Shown here: positions 1 to 8,604 of the stretch, in pieces
Position numbering within the stretch: the first letter of the stretch is position 1
Layout: each line of letters begins with the position of its first letter
IMG/VR virus record: IMGVR_UViG_3300020045_004338
Coordinates: 1 to 34,997 of that record
Reading direction: 5' to 3' (one strand)
DNA from: a virus
Lineage: Duplodnaviria > Caudoviricetes
DNA length: 34,997 nt
The notes under the pieces: model-generated
The model's database searches: none
The model's input: the letters and a program-made list of their open reading frames with translations, nothing else
What the model was told of the DNA's origin: nothing
Translations under genes and position numbers: made by a program

Positions 1-132
1 CTGCACCGCCAACGCCACACGACGATGAGTAGCAACCAACTCAGCCAAACGATCACCAGCCACAACAGCCTCAATGATCGTCAACGGCTTCACGGCCTTC
101 TCCCCCGGCCCAACAGCACGCAAAGACGCCAT
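1..132 (-). pseudogene. Terminase small subunit, N-terminal part, inverted relative to the rest of the gene
   Basis: Reverse strand from ATG at 132 (preceded by GAGGGTG) reads MASLRAVGPGEKAVKPLTIIEAVVAGDRLAELVATHRRVALAVQ, resembling actinophage TerS N-termini; runs off the window edge. Confidence 0.65.
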
Positions 133-153
133 GACGCACCCTCACGTTTGGGG

Positions 154-231
154 TTGGGAAAACAGCGGGGAGAGGAGGCGGTCGAGGGTGCCATTGCCGG
201 AGACGAAGCCTGGTCAGCGGAAGCTATCTGA
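154..231 (+). pseudogene. Terminase small subunit, C-terminal part
   Basis: Reads LGKQRGEEAVEGAIAGDEAWSAEAI*; acidic tail ending AEAI and overlapping the terL start is typical of this TerS family; left boundary approximate. Confidence 0.55.
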
Positions 232-1645
232 GGTTGCGCGGCATATCTGTCAGCCTGCGGGGATTGTGGCGACGGGGTGGCCTGCGGTTCGGGATCGGTT
301 GGCGCAGTTCGGTATCCCGTTTGATGTGTGGCAGCAGGGTGCTGGCCGGCTGATCCTCGCGAAGCGTGCGGATGGGTTGTACGCGGCTGGTGTTGGCGGT
401 GTGGTGATCTCGATCCCCCGTCAGGTGGGTAAGACGTACATGGTCGGGTGGATCGTGTTCGCGTTGTGCACGTTGGTGCCGGGTTTGACGGTGATTTGGA
501 CGGCGCATCACACGCGTACGTCGAATGAGACGTTCGGGAAGATGCGGGCTATGGCCCGGAAGTCGAGCGTGTCGGGGTATGTGGAGACTGTGCGGGCCGC
601 GAATGGTGAGCAGTCTGTGGTGTTCACGAACGGTTCGCGGATTCTGTTTGGTGCTCGGGATCAGGGTTTCGGTCTTGGGTTCGACATGGTTGATGTTCTG
701 GTGCTGGATGAGGCGCAGCGGGTCAAGGAAGCCGCGATGAATGACATGGTGCCGGCGACGAACGCGGCACCTAACGGGTTGGTGCTGCTGATGGGTACCC
801 CGCCGCGGCCCAGCGATAACGGTGAGGTGTTCACGAATCGGCGTAAGGATGCGCTCGAGGGCGACCCGGACACGTTGTATATCGAGCTGTCTGCTGATCC
901 TGGGGCGAAGATCATCGACTGGGCGCAGGTGGAGAAGGCGAACCCGTCGTTCCCGCATCGGACGGGCAAGACAGCGATTCTGCGGATGCAGAAGCTGCTC
1001 GGGTCGGATGAGGGTTTCTACCGTGAGGGTTACGGGATCTGGGATGCCGACGACGTGGGCACGGGTGTTTTCGACATGGGGAAGTGGGCGGCGCATGGTG
1101 GCCCGTTGACGGCCCCGGACGGCCCCGTGGTACTCGTGGTGGACACGAACCTGGACCGTGCGCTGTCGGTCGTCATGGCGGTCGGTGCTGGTGCTGATGG
1201 GGTGCCGCAGGTGGTTCGGGTGCAGTCGGGTGCTGGGGCGGCGTGGGTTGGCCCGTTGGTGGCGCGTGTGTGTGCTGAACGGCCGGTGGCGGCTGTGCTG
1301 CTGGATGACAAGAAGTCGACGGAGCCGTTGGCGGTTGCCGTGTCGGAAGCGCTCGAGCGTGCCGGGCTGACGGTTCCGGTGGAGCGGTCGACGTATTCGG
1401 ACATGGCCGAGGCGTGTTCGATCACGTTTGACCTGATCCATGAGGGTGTGATGCGGCACGCGGGTGATCCGGTTTTGGATGCGGCGGTTCGTGCGGCGGT
1501 GAAGGACGAACGCGAGGGCGCGTTTACCTGGTCGCGGCGTAAAGCGGGCGCGCAGATCGTGCCGTTGGTGGCGATGTCTTTGGGTTTGTGGTGGCTGCTG
1601 AAACGCGCGGCGGCGTCGTATGACGTTCTGGATTCGTTCTACTGA
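188..1645 (+). CDS. terL: Terminase large subunit
   Basis: Walker A-like PRQVGKT, Walker B LVLDEAQ, coupling motif MGTPP; probable GTG start at 188 because the ORF-track extension from 74 lies in the inverted fragment. Confidence 0.92.
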   Translation: MPLPETKPGQRKLSEVARHICQPAGIVATGWPAVRDRLAQFGIPFDVWQQGAGRLILAKRADGLYAAGVGGVVISIPRQVGKTYMVGWIVFALCTLVPGLTVIWTAHHTRTSNETFGKMRAMARKSSVSGYVETVRAANGEQSVVFTNGSRILFGARDQGFGLGFDMVDVLVLDEAQRVKEAAMNDMVPATNAAPNGLVLLMGTPPRPSDNGEVFTNRRKDALEGDPDTLYIELSADPGAKIIDWAQVEKANPSFPHRTGKTAILRMQKLLGSDEGFYREGYGIWDADDVGTGVFDMGKWAAHGGPLTAPDGPVVLVVDTNLDRALSVVMAVGAGADGVPQVVRVQSGAGAAWVGPLVARVCAERPVAAVLLDDKKSTEPLAVAVSEALERAGLTVPVERSTYSDMAEACSITFDLIHEGVMRHAGDPVLDAAVRAAVKDEREGAFTWSRRKAGAQIVPLVAMSLGLWWLLKRAAASYDVLDSFY

Positions 1646-1654
1646 GGGGACAGC

Positions 1655-1795
1655 ATGAGCTTTCTCACGACTCTGCTCGAGCTTCTCGGGTTGGCCGCGA
1701 TTGTCGCGGGGGTTGCGTTCATCTTTTGGCCGGCTGCGTTGGTTGTTGCGGGTGTGGCCATGATCTGGGTTTCGAGGCAGGTGACGCGCGTATGA
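1655..1795 (+). CDS. Small membrane protein between terL and portal (46 aa)
   Basis: MSFLTTLLELLGLAAIVAGVAFIFWPAALVVAGVAMIWVSRQVTRV; GAGGGG RBS; ATGA overlap with portal. Confidence 0.75.
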   Translation: MSFLTTLLELLGLAAIVAGVAFIFWPAALVVAGVAMIWVSRQVTRV

Positions 1796-2898
1796 GTTTT
1801 CTGTTTCGTGGTGGTCGTGGTGAGGTGCGGTCTATCGGTGTGGGTGACGTGTGGGGTGGGTCGAGCCTGTTGGGTAAGGCTGCGGACCCGTTGACGTTGA
1901 TTCCGGTGTATGCGGCTACGTCGTTGATTGCGGACATGTGGGCGTCTACCCCGTGGGCGGCGTTTCGTGAGGTGGGTGGGGTGCCGGCGCGGTCGGTGCG
2001 TCAGCCGAAGCTGCTCACTGACCCTGGTGTGCATAACGTGGATTTGTATACGTGGAAGCATCAGGGGATTGTGTCTCAGCTGTTGCATGGGAATGCGTAC
2101 GGGTGGATCACCGGCAACGACAGTCGGGGGATTCCTACGTCTGTGATGTGGTTGCCGCCTCAGCACGTCACGATCGACGAGACCGGGGATGCGCCCGTGT
2201 TTTCGTATAAGGGTCGGGTGCTTGAGCGGGATTCGCTGATCCACCTCCCCATGTATACGGTGCCGGGGTCGGTGAAGGGCTTGTCGCCGGTTGGGCAGTT
2301 CAAGTCTCAGATGGAGATGGGTGTTGAGGCTCAGAAGGTGGGTCGTAACTTCTTCCGTCGTGGGGCGATGCCGCCCGCGCACCTGAAGAACGTCAGCAAG
2401 ACGTTGACGGCGGATGAGTCGTCGACGGTGAAGAAACGGTTTGTGGCGTCGGTGTCGTCTAATGAGCCGTTCGTGTCCGGTTCGGATTGGGAGTTGAACG
2501 CGATCGCGCTGCCCGCGGGTGAGGCGTCGTTCCTTACGGCGATCAAGGCGACCGCTACCCAGATCGCGTCGATCTACCGTGTACCCCCGGAGGACATCGG
2601 TGGGGAAACGTCCGGCACGTCGTTGACGTACAAGAACCTTGAGCAGGACATGGCCCGGTTCAACATGCGGACGATGCGTCCGATCGCGAACCGGTGGGAG
2701 TCGGTCCTGTCCCGTTACTTGCAGCCCGGTGCGGAGTATGTGCGGGCGAACCTTGACGCTGGTGTCCGTGCTGACCTGAAGACCCGTTACGACGCGCACA
2801 AGGTTGCGCTTGACGGCGGGTTCCTGACTATTGATGAGGTGCGGGCGCTCGAGGAGCGGTCACCTCTCCCCACCCCCGAAGGGACACCCGATGAGTGA
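1792..2898 (+). CDS. Portal protein, HK97 family
   Basis: LLHGNAY, GLSP, IASIYRVPP and LTIDEVRALE motifs; position after terminase. Confidence 0.93.
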   Translation: MSFLFRGGRGEVRSIGVGDVWGGSSLLGKAADPLTLIPVYAATSLIADMWASTPWAAFREVGGVPARSVRQPKLLTDPGVHNVDLYTWKHQGIVSQLLHGNAYGWITGNDSRGIPTSVMWLPPQHVTIDETGDAPVFSYKGRVLERDSLIHLPMYTVPGSVKGLSPVGQFKSQMEMGVEAQKVGRNFFRRGAMPPAHLKNVSKTLTADESSTVKKRFVASVSSNEPFVSGSDWELNAIALPAGEASFLTAIKATATQIASIYRVPPEDIGGETSGTSLTYKNLEQDMARFNMRTMRPIANRWESVLSRYLQPGAEYVRANLDAGVRADLKTRYDAHKVALDGGFLTIDEVRALEERSPLPTPEGTPDE

Positions 2899-3583
2899 TA
2901 TCGAACGGCGCATTATTGCGCAGCCGGTGGAGATCCGCGCGAACAGTGAGGGTGGTCTGATCCTCACGGGGTATGCCGCTAAGTACATGAAACTGTCCCG
3001 CAACCTGGGGGGTTTCGTGGAGCAGGTGCACCCGCAGGCATTCAAGAAGTCCCTCGCGGATAACGTGCCGGTGCGTGCCCGGTACAACCACGACGACGCA
3101 TTCCTGCTCGGGACTACTGAGGCGGGGACGTTGCGTGTGTGGTCCGACGATGTGGGCCTGCCGTATGAGGTGGACCTGCCCGACACGACCGCTGGTGTTG
3201 ATGTGGGGAAGCTCGCGAAGCGGGGCGACATCCGGTATTCGTCGTTCATGTTCCACGCGATTGCGGATGAGTGGGGCGCGACTGATACCGGGTTCCCGCT
3301 CCGCACAATCCTGAGCGCTGTCCTGATGGACGTGTCGCCGGTTGTTGACCCGGCTTATTACGACTCGACGGCGGGGCTTCGGTCCCTCGCCGCCGCCGCG
3401 CACATGACGATCGAACAGTTGCGTGACGCATCTGTTGACGACGTGCGCACCCGACTCCTCTCTAAGAGTGAGGTGCGGGACATTGAACCCCCGGCTGATG
3501 TTGAGCCGGAACCGGAGAACGCCAGGCAGGGCGACACCCACCTGATCGGTCTACGCCAGAAGCAACTGCTGTTGCTGAAGTAA
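2891..3583 (+). CDS. Prohead maturation protease, HK97 family
   Basis: GYAAKY, F.E.V.P.AF, YNHD, SSFMF, DVSPVVDPAY motifs. Confidence 0.92.
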   Translation: MSDIERRIIAQPVEIRANSEGGLILTGYAAKYMKLSRNLGGFVEQVHPQAFKKSLADNVPVRARYNHDDAFLLGTTEAGTLRVWSDDVGLPYEVDLPDTTAGVDVGKLAKRGDIRYSSFMFHAIADEWGATDTGFPLRTILSAVLMDVSPVVDPAYYDSTAGLRSLAAAAHMTIEQLRDASVDDVRTRLLSKSEVRDIEPPADVEPEPENARQGDTHLIGLRQKQLLLLK

Positions 3584-3691
3584 CCCACAATCCCGCGGGC
3601 AGGCGACAACCACCCGCACACCCATCAAGGCCACGACACACCGTCGTGGCCTTTCCTATTTCCCCGACACGGGGAGGAACGGAGTGCTCAC

Positions 3692-4897
3692 ATGAGCGCA
3701 ATGGTCAACCGCCTGCTCGAGCAGCGGGCGAACACCTGGGAGCAGGCTAAGGCTCTGCTCGACAACGCCGCTGCGGAGAACCGCGACCTGACCGCTGAGG
3801 AGTCGGTGTCGTACGACCGTATGACCGCTGACCTCGCTGAGCTTCGTGCTCGTGCGGACAAGCTCGCTGAGGATCAGGAGAACGCGAAGGCTGCTGAGGC
3901 TTCGCTGCGTTCCATCGGGTTCTCGGGCAAGGTCGACGACGAGGGTGACGCGAAGGCGGCGGAGTTCCGCAACTTCATCACCGGCAAGTCGGCGTCGTAC
4001 GTCGCGAAGCCGAACAAGGGTGAAATGCGTGACCTTACCAAGGGTTCCGCTACCGCTGGTGGCAACACGGTTCCCACGTCGTTCTACGGTCAGCTGTGGG
4101 CGCACCTCATCGAGGTTGCTCAGATCGCCGGCTACGCGACGGTCCTGTCGACCGACTCGGGTGAGAACATCGAAGTGCCGACGACGACCGCTTTCTCGAC
4201 GGGTGCGCTCGTTGCTGAGGCTGGTGCGATCGGTGAGTCCGACCCGGCTTTCGCTAAGCGGACCCTCGGTGCGTACAAGTACGCCGTCGCGATTCAGGTG
4301 TCGTCGGAGCTGCTGAAGGACTCCGGTGTGGATCTCGAGGGTTTCCTCGCGATGCAGGCTGGTCGTGCCCTCGGTAACGCTTTCGGTGCCCACCTGATTA
4401 CCGGTACTGGTACGGCTCAGCCGACCGGCATCATCACGTCCGCGACCAACGGTGTGACCGGTGGCGCTGGTGTCGCGGGTGCGTTCACTGCGGACAACCT
4501 GATCGATCTGTACTACTCGGTGATCGCACCGTACCGGAACAGCACGAAGGCTGGCTGGCTGATGCGTGACGCGTCCCTCGCGACCGTCCGCAAGCTGAAG
4601 GGTTCGGACAACAACTACCTGTGGGTTCCGGGTCTGGCGGGTGCGCCTGACTCGATCCTCGGGAAGCCGGTCCTCACCGACCCGAACGTGGCCGCTGTCG
4701 CGCTCGGTGCGAAGTCGGTCGCGTTCGGTGACCTGGGTTCGTACTTCGTGCGCACCGCTGGTGGTGTCCGGTTCGAGCGTTCCGACGAGTTCGCGTTCGC
4801 GAACGACCTGGTGACGTTCCGTGCGATCGTCCGCGGTGACGGTCTGCTGATCGACCAGACCGGTGCCGTGAAGACGTTCACCGGTAACGCGGCCTGA
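3692..4897 (+). CDS. Major capsid protein, HK97 fold
   Basis: Coiled-coil delta domain, GGNTVP, VSSELLKDS, GTGTAQPTGI, LRKLK-like motif, ILGKPV, FGD. Confidence 0.95.
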   Translation: MSAMVNRLLEQRANTWEQAKALLDNAAAENRDLTAEESVSYDRMTADLAELRARADKLAEDQENAKAAEASLRSIGFSGKVDDEGDAKAAEFRNFITGKSASYVAKPNKGEMRDLTKGSATAGGNTVPTSFYGQLWAHLIEVAQIAGYATVLSTDSGENIEVPTTTAFSTGALVAEAGAIGESDPAFAKRTLGAYKYAVAIQVSSELLKDSGVDLEGFLAMQAGRALGNAFGAHLITGTGTAQPTGIITSATNGVTGGAGVAGAFTADNLIDLYYSVIAPYRNSTKAGWLMRDASLATVRKLKGSDNNYLWVPGLAGAPDSILGKPVLTDPNVAAVALGAKSVAFGDLGSYFVRTAGGVRFERSDEFAFANDLVTFRAIVRGDGLLIDQTGAVKTFTGNAA

Positions 4898-4903
4898 TCC
4901 GCC

Positions 4904-4937
4904 TGGTGGGCGGGGGCTTTCGGGTTCCCGCCCACCA
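4904..4937 (+). terminator. GC-rich hairpin after the capsid gene
   Basis: TGGTGGGCGGG / CCCGCCCACCA perfect 11-bp stem; no U tract. Confidence 0.5.
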
Positions 4938-4956
4938 CACCGTCCCAGGAGGACTG

Positions 4957-5193
4957 ATGAAGACGAAGACGATCGAGATGGTCGCGACGATCACCGGCAC
5001 ACGTGACGGTGTGGAATGGCCTGCCCGTGGTGGCCGGCTGACGTGCCCGGAGGGTGAGGCGGCGGATCTGATCGCTGCCGGTCTGGCACGCGAGATCGAG
5101 GGTGCCCCGGCGAAGGTTGCCGCTGAGCGTGCGGTTGCGCCGAAGGGTGAAACCCGGAAGAAGACCGGCCTCACCAAAGCGTCGATGGGTTGA
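4957..5193 (+). CDS. Small head-associated hypothetical protein
   Basis: AGGAGG RBS; AADLIAAGLA motif common in small genes after the capsid gene. Confidence 0.7.
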   Translation: MKTKTIEMVATITGTRDGVEWPARGGRLTCPEGEAADLIAAGLAREIEGAPAKVAAERAVAPKGETRKKTGLTKASMG

Positions 5194-5219
5194 CCCGTCC
5201 TGACTGTTAGGAGTGCCGG

Positions 5220-5732
5220 ATGCCTTTGACGACGGCTGAGGATGTTGCGGCGATGCTCCGGTGGAGTGCGCCTGAGGTGACGAAGTATGCGCCGCAGTTG
5301 GAGGGTTTCATCGCGGCGGCGACGGAGGTTATTGAGCGTGAGGCTGGGCCGGTTGAGGCTCGTGCTGGGGTGTGGGTGGCGGATGGGGGGGAGCGTGTGA
5401 CGCTCCCGCACCGTGTGTCATCTGTGGATGCGGTGACGGTTGATGGGGAACCGTTCACGGACTACACCGCCGACCTCAACGCGGGTGTGTTGCATGGGCC
5501 GTTCACGGTGGGGACGCAGAACGTGGTTGTGGAGTACACGACCGGTTTTGATGAGGTGCCCGCGACGGTGAAGTTCGCCGCGACGAGCCTCGTCGTACAC
5601 ATGTGGAATGTGGCGTCTCAGCGTGGCTCGGGGCTGCCTGAGGACTATTCGGCGGCACCGGTCGGGTTCCTTGTCCCGAACGTGGTGAAGGAAGCCCTGG
5701 CCCCGTATAGCCGGATGCCGGGGTTCGCATGA
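5220..5732 (+). CDS. Head-to-tail adaptor
   Basis: IAAATEVIE and VEYTTGFDEVPATVKFA motifs; synteny. Confidence 0.8.
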   Translation: MPLTTAEDVAAMLRWSAPEVTKYAPQLEGFIAAATEVIEREAGPVEARAGVWVADGGERVTLPHRVSSVDAVTVDGEPFTDYTADLNAGVLHGPFTVGTQNVVVEYTTGFDEVPATVKFAATSLVVHMWNVASQRGSGLPEDYSAAPVGFLVPNVVKEALAPYSRMPGFA

Positions 5733-6094
5733 GCGTGTTTCAGACGGTCGCTGACGCGATCTCCGGTGTCCTCCCTGATGGGTGGAAGTTCACCGGGTTT
5801 GAGCCGTCCGCGGATCTCCCCGATGTCACTTCGGTGACGTTGAAGGTGCGTTCGGTGCGCAGGTTGCCGGCGGCACCGATCGGGCACTTGGAGGTCGACT
5901 GGATTTTGACGGTCACTTCCCCGTATCCGTCGCGTGAACGCGCGGACCCTCAACTGTTCGATGACCTGCTCGATTTCATTGCGGCGTTGGACACGATCCC
6001 TGGCTGGTTCGCGTGGACCGAAGCCAACAAGACCGTGGGTGACGACCTGGACCGTCTCGCTTACGACATCACTATTCGCACGAACACTCACTAA
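5729..6094 (+). CDS. Putative tail terminator / neck protein
   Basis: Synteny directly before the major tail gene; size; ATGA coupling. Confidence 0.55.
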   Translation: MSVFQTVADAISGVLPDGWKFTGFEPSADLPDVTSVTLKVRSVRRLPAAPIGHLEVDWILTVTSPYPSRERADPQLFDDLLDFIAALDTIPGWFAWTEANKTVGDDLDRLAYDITIRTNTH

Positions 6095-6108
6095 GAAGGG
6101 GGCCGCTC

Positions 6109-6525
6109 ATGGCTCAGATCAACGTTTCGCCCATCGTTCTGAAGGATGTGCTGCTCCGTGTTACGGATGGTGCCACGACTCACGATTTCGAGAAGCATGT
6201 TTCGCAGGTGGAGTTCGCGCCGTCGAGCTCGGTTGTGAACTGGAAGGGTCTGAACCCTGCGGCGCTGTACTCGGCGGGTACGTCGGCGACGTGGACGTGC
6301 ACCCTGTCGTACGCGCAGGACTGGGAGACGGCGAACAGCCTGTCATCGTTCCTGTTCGACAACGAGGGGGAGTCGATCCCTGTCCTGTTCGAGCCGGTCA
6401 CGGGCGGTCAGGGGTGGGAGGCGACTCTCATCATCACGCCGGGTGCGATCGGTGGGTCGGTGGATTCCGTCGCGGTGGCGTCTGTGACTCTGGGTGTGGT
6501 CGGTAAGCCGGCACGCGCGGTCTGA
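6109..6525 (+). CDS. Major tail protein (short, 138 aa)
   Basis: VSQVEFAP, WTCTLSYAQDW, GAIGG pattern of small actinophage tail tube proteins; synteny. Confidence 0.8.
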   Translation: MAQINVSPIVLKDVLLRVTDGATTHDFEKHVSQVEFAPSSSVVNWKGLNPAALYSAGTSATWTCTLSYAQDWETANSLSSFLFDNEGESIPVLFEPVTGGQGWEATLIITPGAIGGSVDSVAVASVTLGVVGKPARAV

Positions 6526-7031
6526 TGATCCAACTCGACGTGACGTCCCGGCGTGAACTGTTGGCGTTGGTTGTCGGGTTGAAGGTCGCTGATCGGGAGT
6601 TCGCGAAGGCGTTTCGGGCTGAGGGTCGCAAGACGATCGAACCGGAGTGGAAGCAGGCGTTGGAGCAGTCGAACCCTAACCGGTTGCAGCGGCGTGTGTT
6701 GGTGCAGACTTCGCGGGTTTCGGTGACGGACAGGTCTATCCGGTTGAAGTCGGGTGCGACGGGCCGGTTGTCGTCGGGGGAGTCGGTGGCTGAGGTTGCG
6801 CGGGCTGTGGAGTTTGGTCAGGCGCAGTCGTTCCGTACCCGTTATTCGCGGAAGAATCCGGGCGGGTCGGGGAAGCATACGGTGACGCGGCGTACCGCGG
6901 TCCCGGTTGGGCCGCGGGACAAGACGGGCAAGGTCGTGTATCCGGCGTTGGGCAGGTTTGTGCCGCGTGCGGGTGCGTTGGCTGCGGATTTGTTTGCGCG
7001 GATGGTTCGTAACGCTGTGGGGGGTTCGTAA
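6525..7031 (+). CDS. Basic tail/neck-associated protein (possibly HK97 gp10-like)
   Basis: Arg/Lys-rich, AVEFG and VVYPA motifs; lies between the tail tube and tape measure genes. Confidence 0.5.
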   Translation: MIQLDVTSRRELLALVVGLKVADREFAKAFRAEGRKTIEPEWKQALEQSNPNRLQRRVLVQTSRVSVTDRSIRLKSGATGRLSSGESVAEVARAVEFGQAQSFRTRYSRKNPGGSGKHTVTRRTAVPVGPRDKTGKVVYPALGRFVPRAGALAADLFARMVRNAVGGS

Positions 7032-8245
7032 TGGCTGGTCGTGGTATCAGTATCGACATCCTCGCGAATGTGCGGGATGCGTTGCGTGGTGTGGGGGATG
7101 TTGAGCAGGCGATCTCGGATGTTGAGTCGACGCTCGAGGACATGGGGCGGCAGGGGGATGAGTCCGTTGATCGGATGACCCGCGGGTTCCGTGACCTGGC
7201 CCGTGACGCGGACACGTCCGCTGACAAGGTGGAGCGGAAGTACAAGGACGCTTACCGGGACATTGCCCGCTCGGCGGATGATGCTGCTGATTCGGCGGTG
7301 AAGTCGCAACGTCGGATGAGTGAGCGGTCTGCTGAGGTTGGGCAGGAGATCCGGCAGAACCTTGGTGAGGGTATCGCTAACGCGGCGCGTGGTGATTTCG
7401 AGTCCCTGGCTGACACGATCGGTGACACTCTCGGTGGGACTGTTGCGGGTATCGGTGGGATTGCGACGGCGGCTGCTGGTGCTGCTGGTGCGCTCGGTAT
7501 CGGTGCCGTGGTTGGTGCGATCCAACTCGCGAAACAGGAGCAGGAGAAGCTCAACGAGGAAGTGTCGAAGTGGGCTGACGCTTACCAGCAGTCCGCGGGC
7601 CGGATTGTGTCGGCGGCGGCCTTGCTCGCTGAGGTTCAGGCGATCGGTGCGGACCCTGTGCGGTACAAGGAGGCGCAGGACGCGGCCTCTGAGTGGGGTG
7701 TGAGTACAACGGTCGCGATGCGTGCCCTCGCCGGGGATGCGACGGCGCTCGAGGTTGCGGAACGGTCCCTGTCTGAGCGGACGCGGGAATCGAACGAGCA
7801 GCTGCTCGAGCAGGAGAAGCAGGTCGACGGTAACGCGGGTGCCGTGTATGACATGGCCGACCAGGTGGACCGGGGTAACCGTCGCCTGGAAGAGCAGAAG
7901 CGGGCGATGAAGCTCGGCGCTGACCAGGCCCGGGACACGGCGCGTGCGATGGGTGAGTATGCGCGTGAAACGGGTACTGCGACCACGGAAACCGACGACC
8001 TCGGGAACAAGATCTATGAGTTGCCGGGAGGTAAGCGGGTGGTGGTTGATGTGAAGACGGGTGAGGCGTACGAGGATCTGGATGCGTTCGAGGCGGCGAA
8101 GCTCGCGGACAAGACCGCGACGGTGAACGTGGGCGTGAAGGACAACACGCCGGACTCTATCCAGCGGATTGTGAAGCGGATCAACAATCAGGTCGCGACG
8201 ATCAAGGTTGGTTCGGTTGCTACCGGTTTTAAGACGATGCAATGA
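7031..8245 (+). CDS. Tape measure protein (unusually short, 404 aa)
   Basis: N-terminal GISIDILAN, predicted helical Ala-rich composition, central Gly/Ala hydrophobic stretch, position in tail module. Confidence 0.75.
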   Translation: MAGRGISIDILANVRDALRGVGDVEQAISDVESTLEDMGRQGDESVDRMTRGFRDLARDADTSADKVERKYKDAYRDIARSADDAADSAVKSQRRMSERSAEVGQEIRQNLGEGIANAARGDFESLADTIGDTLGGTVAGIGGIATAAAGAAGALGIGAVVGAIQLAKQEQEKLNEEVSKWADAYQQSAGRIVSAAALLAEVQAIGADPVRYKEAQDAASEWGVSTTVAMRALAGDATALEVAERSLSERTRESNEQLLEQEKQVDGNAGAVYDMADQVDRGNRRLEEQKRAMKLGADQARDTARAMGEYARETGTATTETDDLGNKIYELPGGKRVVVDVKTGEAYEDLDAFEAAKLADKTATVNVGVKDNTPDSIQRIVKRINNQVATIKVGSVATGFKTMQ

Positions 8246-8604
8246 CCGCGCTTATCACGGCTGAGACAAGCCTGAACACGACGACACCGGCCCTGGTCCT
8301 CGGGTATCAGACGGCCCGCACGTCCCGGAACATCATCCACGACCTCCTGTCCGGTGAGGTTGGGGTCGCGCTCGTCGCACCCCGCCCCCGCTCCGGGACG
8401 CTCGAACTGTTGTACCCGGTGGAGGCTGACGCTTTCACCGCCCTGAACCTCCACGCCGAAGAAACAGTGTTCACGTTGACGGACACTGACCGGGCGTCGG
8501 TGGCGATGTCGTACGTCGTGGACGGTGACATCACGATCGAACTCGACGACGAGACGCGGGACCACTGGGTGGTGTCTGTCGGTTACCAGGAGGTTGCGCT
8601 GTGA
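8242..8604 (+). CDS. Minor tail protein (distal-tail position)
   Basis: Follows tape measure; RSGTLELLY motif; ATGA/GTGA coupling. Confidence 0.65.
   Translation: MTALITAETSLNTTTPALVLGYQTARTSRNIIHDLLSGEVGVALVAPRPRSGTLELLYPVEADAFTALNLHAEETVFTLTDTDRASVAMSYVVDGDITIELDDETRDHWVVSVGYQEVAL

Noticed and set aside
74-187. N-terminal extension of TerL in the ORF track
   Set aside because: Mostly lies in the inverted terS fragment; GTG at 188 is the better start
3525-3620. Short repeat GCAGG(G)CGACA(A/C)CCAC twice upstream of the capsid gene
   Set aside because: Only two imperfect copies; may be regulatory but cannot be supported from this sequence alone
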